64,000 nt of DNA from an uncultured Spirochaetota bacterium (GTDB lineage Bacteria; Spirochaetota; Spirochaetia; SZUA-6; Fen-1364), in assembly GCA_963845535.1 (NCBI GenBank), contig CAWJSK010000019.1, forward strand, positions 352,001 to 416,000. The letters are read 5' to 3'. The notes beneath the pieces were generated by a model, which saw nothing but the letters and a program-made list of their open reading frames with translations, was not told the DNA's origin and did not search any database. Both the position numbers and the translations under genes were made by a program. Below, one piece after another: positions 58,163-64,000 of the stretch (within the stretch, counting starts at the first letter, position 1; each line of letters starts with the position of its first letter).

Positions 58163-59572
58163 TCAATAGGTTACTTTCTCACCCTTGGCCAGCTCGTCCA
58201 GCTTCGTGAGCGTGGTCGTCAGTTGCTGCCTGGTCAGGGCGAACTCGCTCCTTCCGTCAATGAAGATCGCATCGAAGTCCCTGTTGTACGGGGCGTAGAC
58301 GATTGTTGCAGCCTTTGTCGGCCCTTTGCTGAGGAAGAACCGCACCGTCACGTCCGGCTTCTCCGGCACCTGTTTTCGGGTCTCTCCCTCCACCTGCATG
58401 CCGACCACCTGCTGGTAAAACGCCTTGAAGGAGTCCTCTTCCACGGTCTTCCCGTCCACCGTGTAGGTGGCCTGGACCGTGTCCTTCTCATCCTTCTTCT
58501 CCGCTTTCTTCGTCACGCGCGTGATGACCAGGGAATGGGTGACGCCTCCGCTAGAAATCTCCATCTTGTCCACGTCATCGATATTCGGGATGAAGACGAA
58601 CTTGTCCACGATGTCCCATGCCGTGGTCTTCAGGAACGAGAGGCTCGACGTGTCAGTGGCGTAGACGCTCGGCTGCCCGCGGATCATGAAGTACGTCTTG
58701 TCCTTGCCGTCATCAGAGCCAATGAGGAAATCAAGCGTGTTCGATTTGTCACGGACCACCACTTCGTCCCGGGGCTGGGCAAGCCCGTACTGTGAGAGGT
58801 CCCGGGGAGAGTCGTTCACGAATGAGGAGATCTGTACCTGCTGCGGCCCCTTGATGAAGCTGTCTCCCTTCTCTCCGTCCACGCCGCGCGCACCTGCGTA
58901 CGGGCGCGTCATCAGGTAGCGGCCGAACCCGAGCTGGAAGGTCTTGGTTTCCGCCGGGGTCTTTTCCTTCAGCTCGATTTCTGATCCGTCCGCCCGCCTG
59001 AGGCGGAAATAGGTGACCTCATCATAGTTGAGCGCGGGGCTGATCTTCTTGTCGCGAAGGTCCGCGAGTTTCCAGTGCATCTGGTCCCCGTGGTCCTGCC
59101 AGACCGTGTAGACCTTCGGGTCTCCCTTGATCTGCATGTAGTAGGTGTTGCCGCTCGGAGTCTTGTCCCCGAGGAGGATGGTCTTTGTGGTGCCGTCGGC
59201 GTAAAGGGCCGTCCCTTGCGCCCGCGGCGGGGCAAGGCCGAACTGAGCGAGGTCCGTTGGGTGCTCATCAATCACGCGCTCGGCGTTGAGCGCGGTGAAC
59301 GTCAGGGCGAGGTCGTCGACGTTCGATTCATCCAGCGCGAAGTGCGCGGGGGAATCCGCCGTCCACGTCTTTCCTTTTTTTTCCAGCGTCAGCGTGCCTT
59401 CCGGCCTGTCGCTGAGGGTGATCTTCACGAGCTTGTCCTTGTCCGTGTTGATGAGCTGCGGAAGGGCGTTCGTGGATTTGACCGGTTTGGGCCGGGAAAC
59501 AACCACGTACGCCACCACGAGCCCGGCAAGCACGACGAGGACAATGAGAAGTGTGAGAAGACGCTTGCTCAT
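58163..59572 (-). CDS. DUF4340-like membrane-anchored protein
   Basis: N-terminal TM; repeated DL.Q[FY]GL..PR motif with downstream LLG/LIG...Y; follows the GldG-like gene. Confidence 0.8.
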   Translation of the reverse strand: MSKRLLTLLIVLVVLAGLVVAYVVVSRPKPVKSTNALPQLINTDKDKLVKITLSDRPEGTLTLEKKGKTWTADSPAHFALDESNVDDLALTFTALNAERVIDEHPTDLAQFGLAPPRAQGTALYADGTTKTILLGDKTPSGNTYYMQIKGDPKVYTVWQDHGDQMHWKLADLRDKKISPALNYDEVTYFRLRRADGSEIELKEKTPAETKTFQLGFGRYLMTRPYAGARGVDGEKGDSFIKGPQQVQISSFVNDSPRDLSQYGLAQPRDEVVVRDKSNTLDFLIGSDDGKDKTYFMIRGQPSVYATDTSSLSFLKTTAWDIVDKFVFIPNIDDVDKMEISSGGVTHSLVITRVTKKAEKKDEKDTVQATYTVDGKTVEEDSFKAFYQQVVGMQVEGETRKQVPEKPDVTVRFFLSKGPTKAATIVYAPYNRDFDAIFIDGRSEFALTRQQLTTTLTKLDELAKGEKVTY

Positions 59573-61029
59573 AGATGCCGTCTCCTGATCCAGACCGTGA
59601 AACCCGCTCCCAGCACGAGGAGCGGCAAGATGATGACGACGAGGCCCGAGAAGAGGAGGGCCTGGAGGTTGCTGAGCCCCAGCCTCATGGTGAGCATGTC
59701 CTTGGGCCGCACGGTGATCTCATCCTTCTTGCCTCTCAGCCAGCCGAGGGTGTTGAGGAAGAAGTCCGTATTCCCGGGGACCTGGGAGGAGAGGGACTGG
59801 GTGAGGAAGCGCGCGGAGGCTACGACGACGAGCTTCGTGTCCTTCTTCGAGGGATCAGGAGCCGGGTCGGTGATTGCCACGGCAAGGGTGAACGGCCCCT
59901 GCGCGTCCCCTTTCTGCTTCTCGAGGGTCTTGATGTTCTCTATGTTCCTTTTGCCCCACGAGTTGTCGGAGGAGCTGAGGAGAGGCTCGACCTTCAAGGT
60001 GCGCTTCTTCAGCGCGAGCGTCTCGATGGACTGGGAGAACGGCATGAGGATGGCCAGGTTGGCGCTGCGCAGCGGAGAGACGATGTCGTGGTACTCGAGC
60101 TTCGGGATCAGGTACATGGGGTTGCCGGCAGCCACGCTGTTCTGGTCACCTTCCACCACGACCATGCTGTGAACGGCCACGCCGTAGCTCTGCAGAATTC
60201 CTGCGAGGTGGGGGAATGCGTCGTCGCTTCGAAGCAGATCGAAGATGAACTCGGCTTTTCCGCCGTTGGCCAGGTACGTCCTGATCTTGGTGTCATCCTC
60301 GGCCGAGATGTCTGTCTTGGGGGCAAGAACGAGAAGCATGTCAGCGTCCGCGGGAACCGCCGGAACAGTGAGGAGGGTGAGCGGTTTCACCGCGTAATTC
60401 TCATTTCCCACCGCCGTGGAAAGCCCGAGCGAATCCAGGGTCTGTTCCCCGTGCCCCTGAAGGACGTCAATGGTCACGTTCTTCAACGCCGTCACGTAAT
60501 TGATGGAGGAGGTGACCCTCTGTTCGACCGAAAGGGACGTGAGGGTAGGCTGCTGGTTCGGGTTGGAGTAGTCGTAGTTGTACATGTCGTACTGGCCAAT
60601 GGTCTTGTACTTCTCCCCGCTTGCAACGACAACCGCGCCGGCGCCGGGCCCCTGGCCGTTGGTTTCATACTGTCGCGCCCAGCCGGGGTTCCTCTCCGGG
60701 TCCATCGTCTCCAGCTTGATGTGGTGGCTGCGCGCGGCGTACTTGGAGAGGATCTCCTTGACCGTGGGGTCTTCGCTGCCGGCCCGCGCCACCATGGTGA
60801 TCGTGACGTCCTTGGTGAGGCCGTCAAGCACCTTGTACGTCTCGGGGGAGAGAGAGAACATGTGGTTCTTCGTCAAGTCGAGCTTCCCGGGGATCTGCTG
60901 GACCAGCACGTTGACGACGACCACGATGGCCAGCGCCACCACGACGAGGAGCGTGGCGTAACCCCCGAAGCGGAGCTTCCGCGTCGAAATGGAGCTTGAA
61001 AGCCAATTGAAGAATGATTGTTTTTTCAC
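59569..61029 (-). CDS. GldG-like ABC transporter auxiliary component
   Basis: LDLTKNHMFSLS, LQGHGE, LAPKTD, YLANGGK, GPFTLAVA, GNTDFFLNTLGWL; N- and C-terminal TM. Confidence 0.88.
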   Translation of the reverse strand: MKKQSFFNWLSSSISTRKLRFGGYATLLVVVALAIVVVVNVLVQQIPGKLDLTKNHMFSLSPETYKVLDGLTKDVTITMVARAGSEDPTVKEILSKYAARSHHIKLETMDPERNPGWARQYETNGQGPGAGAVVVASGEKYKTIGQYDMYNYDYSNPNQQPTLTSLSVEQRVTSSINYVTALKNVTIDVLQGHGEQTLDSLGLSTAVGNENYAVKPLTLLTVPAVPADADMLLVLAPKTDISAEDDTKIRTYLANGGKAEFIFDLLRSDDAFPHLAGILQSYGVAVHSMVVVEGDQNSVAAGNPMYLIPKLEYHDIVSPLRSANLAILMPFSQSIETLALKKRTLKVEPLLSSSDNSWGKRNIENIKTLEKQKGDAQGPFTLAVAITDPAPDPSKKDTKLVVVASARFLTQSLSSQVPGNTDFFLNTLGWLRGKKDEITVRPKDMLTMRLGLSNLQALLFSGLVVIILPLLVLGAGFTVWIRRRHL

Positions 61030-61044
61030 GGGCTTGTATCTCCC

Positions 61045-61914
61045 TTACATCCAGCGGCGTCTCTCGATCATCCGGACGGTGAGGAACACGAACACGCCGG
61101 AGAACGAGATGTAGTAGACGATCGGGGCAAGCCCCAGGACGCCCATGGTGAAGTCGTTGTACCGCTTCAGGAGCGAGAACCAGCCGAGGATTCTCGCTAT
61201 CAGCCCCTCATAGAACGATCTCTTCAGGACGAACAGGAGCACGATGACGACTGCCGCTACGACGAGCGTCAGGACGGCGGCCGGCGTGCTGCGCGTGCTG
61301 AAGAAGACCAGGGCCACGAATGCCAGGGCCAGGAGGGCCAGGAACACGAACCCGGACACCGGGTCACTGGGAACGCTCTGCGCAATGAAGTCCAGGATCC
61401 AGATCAGGAGGAGCGCGGCGAACGTCTCCACGGCGGCAATGAGCTGGTTGTCCGTGAGGGAGGAGAAGAACAGGCCCACGGAAATGAACGAGGACCCCAG
61501 GAGGAAGAACCCGATGTATCCGCCCAGGATCTCCCACCAGCCCAGCCCGCCCAGGGCGAAAAAGCTCATGATGATGGGGTAGATCAGCGTGATGAGGAGC
61601 GTGATGAGGAACACCCCCACCGCTGCCAGGTATTTGCCCATGACGATGCCCGTGATCCCCAGCGGGCTCGTGATGAGCAGCTGGTCCGTCTTCTGCCGCG
61701 TCTCTTCCGAGATCAGCCTCATGGTGAGGATGGGCACCACGAAGAGGAAGATGAACGTGATGGACCCCAGGACGCCCGTGTAGTTCGGGTTTCCCGACAG
61801 AAGGTTGGAGATTGCGAAGAACACGCCGGCAAGGAGGATGAAGAAGCCGATGAACGTGAACCCGATGGGGGAGACGAAGTATGCGGCCAGCTCGCGGCGG
61901 AATACTGCCAGCAT
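61045..61914 (-). CDS. GldF-like ABC-2 permease
   Basis: RRELAAYFVSP, PILTMRLISEE...TDQLLITSP, GKYLA, SSLTDNQLIAA. Confidence 0.9.
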   Translation of the reverse strand: MLAVFRRELAAYFVSPIGFTFIGFFILLAGVFFAISNLLSGNPNYTGVLGSITFIFLFVVPILTMRLISEETRQKTDQLLITSPLGITGIVMGKYLAAVGVFLITLLITLIYPIIMSFFALGGLGWWEILGGYIGFFLLGSSFISVGLFFSSLTDNQLIAAVETFAALLLIWILDFIAQSVPSDPVSGFVFLALLALAFVALVFFSTRSTPAAVLTLVVAAVVIVLLFVLKRSFYEGLIARILGWFSLLKRYNDFTMGVLGLAPIVYYISFSGVFVFLTVRMIERRRWM

Positions 61915-61915
61915 G

Positions 61916-62863
61916 TCAGGATACCTCCTTCTCTTCGGTGATGAGGTTGAGGAAGATGTCCTCCAGCGTGAGGTCCATGGTCTTCATCATCAGGATGGGA
62001 TACCCGGCCTTGGCCAACGCGTTGAAGAGCGGTCGGCGGATGTCCGTCTCACGCTTTGCCTCCACCACCACGTCAACGGTGTCCGGCTCCTTTTTGCCAA
62101 TGGCGTCGGCCTTGATCACGTTGTCCAGCTTGCGGATGAGAGCCAGGACGTCACGCTCCGCCGCCGCGATGCGCAGCGTCAGGCGGTTGTCCCCGACGAG
62201 GCCGCGGGAGAGGTTTTCCGGCGTGTCGCTTGCGACGATCTTTCCCTTGTTGATGATGAGCACGCGCGTGCAGACCGCCTGCACCTCGGGAAGGATGTGG
62301 GAGCTGAGGATGATGGTGTGCTCCTTGCCCAGCTCGCGGATGAGGTTTCTCGTCTCGATGATCTGCTGGGGATCCAGGCCGATGGTCGGTTCATCGAGGA
62401 TGAGCACCGGCGGTGTGCCAATGAGCGACTGGGACAGGCCCACGCGCTGCTTGTACCCCTTGGACAGGTTCTTGATGAGCCTGCCGCTCATGTCCGTGAT
62501 CATGGTGCGTTCCATGGCCTTGTCGATGTTTTCCTTGCGCCGAGCCCGGGGAACGGACTTGATGTCGGCCACGAAGGACAGGTAGTCCTTGACCGTCATA
62601 TCCACGTACAGCGGAGGCTGCTCGGGCATGTAGCCGATCTGCCTCTTCACTTCCTGCGGCTCCTCCAGGATGTCGTGACCGTCCAGCTTCACGGAGCCTT
62701 CCGTGGCGGAGAGGTAGCCGGTGATGATGTTCATGGTGGTGGATTTTCCAGCACCGTTGGGTCCAAGAAAGCCGAGGATCTCACCCTTGTTGACGAGGAA
62801 ATCAAGGTGATCAACCGCGACGCGCTGTCCGTACTTTTTGGTGACGCTCTCGACCTGTATCAA
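61916..62863 (-). CDS. GldA-like ABC transporter ATP-binding protein
   Basis: GPNGAGKST, LSKGYKQRVG, LILDEPTIGLDP, LSSHIL; TTG start. Confidence 0.95.
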   Translation of the reverse strand: MIQVESVTKKYGQRVAVDHLDFLVNKGEILGFLGPNGAGKSTTMNIITGYLSATEGSVKLDGHDILEEPQEVKRQIGYMPEQPPLYVDMTVKDYLSFVADIKSVPRARRKENIDKAMERTMITDMSGRLIKNLSKGYKQRVGLSQSLIGTPPVLILDEPTIGLDPQQIIETRNLIRELGKEHTIILSSHILPEVQAVCTRVLIINKGKIVASDTPENLSRGLVGDNRLTLRIAAAERDVLALIRKLDNVIKADAIGKKEPDTVDVVVEAKRETDIRRPLFNALAKAGYPILMMKTMDLTLEDIFLNLITEEKEVS

Positions 62864-62962
62864 GGCATTCTCCTTTCTACCGTCTTTTCAGGCGTTTCCT
62901 TCGGATTGTTCGTCGAACGCGGCAACGCATGAGTACACTAAAAAAGACATCATGTGAATATC

Positions 62963-63652
62963 TTATGAAGCCAGGTCCAGGATCTCCCTCAAATCGCTGA
63001 TCACGAACAGAGGCGGTGCTCCCGGCCCCGGCCAGGGTTGCCCTTTGGGCGCGTACCAGCACGCATCTATCCCCGCAGCCCGCGCGCCTTCAATGTCCGA
63101 CCCCGGGTTGTCACCGATGCAGAGCAGCTCCTCCGGGGGAATCGATATGGCTTTGACGGCGGCATGGAAAAAGCGCGGGTCAGGTTTCGCTATTCCGAGC
63201 TCCTCCGAAATGATGAGGGCCTGGAAATGACGGCCAATGCCCGACCTGGCGAGACGTCCCCTCTGCACCATCCCTATCCCGTTCGTCACGAGGGCCAGCG
63301 CAAAGGACCGTGACAGCTCCTCGATGACCTCGCGCGCGAATGGCAGGAAATAGGCCCGCTCGGAGAGTTGCTGCAGGTATTGCGCGGAGATTGCACCCGC
63401 GTCTCCTTCGGTACGCAGGGCGTCCAAGAGGCCTTGAAACCTGCCGGACTTGAGCTCCTCCAGGCTCACGATGCCCTGCTCGAACTTCCGCCAGAACCCC
63501 GCATTGATCCCGCGATAGGCTTCCAGCGCCTCCTCCAGCGGCACCGCGGGGAGCGCTGCGCCCAGCGTTGCCGTGAGCGCCTCCGTTTCCGCACGGTCAT
63601 AGTCGAAGATCGTGTTGTCAGCGTCGAAGAGAAAACCCTTGTACCTTTTCAT
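62963..63652 (-). CDS. HAD-superfamily hydrolase, YjjG-like nucleotidase
   Basis: FDADNTIFDY, VTNG, KPD, IGDNPGSDIEGA. Confidence 0.9.
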   Translation of the reverse strand: MKRYKGFLFDADNTIFDYDRAETEALTATLGAALPAVPLEEALEAYRGINAGFWRKFEQGIVSLEELKSGRFQGLLDALRTEGDAGAISAQYLQQLSERAYFLPFAREVIEELSRSFALALVTNGIGMVQRGRLARSGIGRHFQALIISEELGIAKPDPRFFHAAVKAISIPPEELLCIGDNPGSDIEGARAAGIDACWYAPKGQPWPGPGAPPLFVISDLREILDLAS

Positions 63653-63730
63653 CTGATATGGAAATCATCCGGAAAAAACGCTTGCGGGGCAAGGGCACGG
63701 CGCGCTGCGCTCGGCGAATCATCGGCATGC

Positions 63731-63758
63731 TTGACTTTTTTGCGAGTATTGATAAATT
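63731..63758 (+). promoter_or_regulatory. Sigma70-type promoter
   Basis: TTGACT-16-TAAATT with TG extension. Confidence 0.6.
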
Positions 63759-63840
63759 TACGAAGTTTCCGAAGGTTCTCCGCTTACCCCTGTCAGGAAA
63801 GAAGCAGAGACTCAATTTCAAACCCTATGAAAGGAGGCTA

Positions 63841-64000
63841 ATGAACATGGCCGAGGTTATCAGCAAGAACGCAAGGGTCGGGGTCGTCACGCAGAAGTTT
63901 TTCTGCACCTGTGGCGGCGAGGTGAAGATGAAGCACGTCTTCAATAATGGAAAGCTGCGGAACGTCGCTCAGTGCGAAAAGTGCCAGCGGCAGGAGCGCA
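63841..64000 (+). CDS. Small Cys-rich (zinc-ribbon-like) protein, truncated by window edge
   Basis: AAAGGAGG SD; MNMAEVISKNARVGVVTQKFFCTCGGEVKMKHVFNNGKLRNVAQCEKCQRQER. Confidence 0.75.
   Translation, partial: MNMAEVISKNARVGVVTQKFFCTCGGEVKMKHVFNNGKLRNVAQCEKCQRQER

Noticed and set aside
58163..62863. Evidence for gliding motility
   Set aside because: GldA/F/G-like ABC genes are widespread; no gldJ-N or spr genes in the window.

Overview
High-GC bacterial chromosomal window, most consistent with a Spirochaetota genome or MAG. Supporting signs are the tuf-rpsJ linkage, secY followed directly by rpmJ, a SpiroCoCo-like giant coiled-coil gene and the tatD / M23-bactofilin-YaaR-PSP1 block. Positions 1-15.2 kb hold the end of probable fusA, tuf and the complete S10-spc-alpha ribosomal cluster. 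Next come a large acidic-repeat membrane protein, rny-ymdB-tlyA, GerMN, ptsI-der, an apparent MerR/UDP-sugar pyrophosphorylase fusion, a secreted protein with an NlpC/P60-like motif, the coiled-coil gene, pgi, grpE-dnaK-dnaJ and an orphan histidine kinase. A small accessory islet at 40.4-42.6 kb contains a decayed two-gene module, a 54-bp AT-rich palindrome, a beta-barrel gene and two paralogous lipoprotein genes, one of them shattered by indels. The rest is buk-HAMP protein-two DNA methyltransferases-rlmB, purFMNDE, rarA, dus-tatD, M23-bactofilin-YaaR-PSP1, a GldA/F/G-DUF4340-like ABC system, a HAD hydrolase and a truncated small Cys-rich protein. Single-base indels break rpsE, purF and two other genes, so the assembly probably has indel errors and apparent fusions or pseudogenes need read-level checks. 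I found no rRNA, tRNA, CRISPR array, transposase or integrase. The window is mostly housekeeping and I cannot demonstrate a new system. The best leads are the 40.4-42.6 kb islet, the acidic-repeat receptor-like protein, the MerR fusion, the orphan methyltransferase pair and recurrent leaderless promoters. All family calls are from motif recognition, not database searches.
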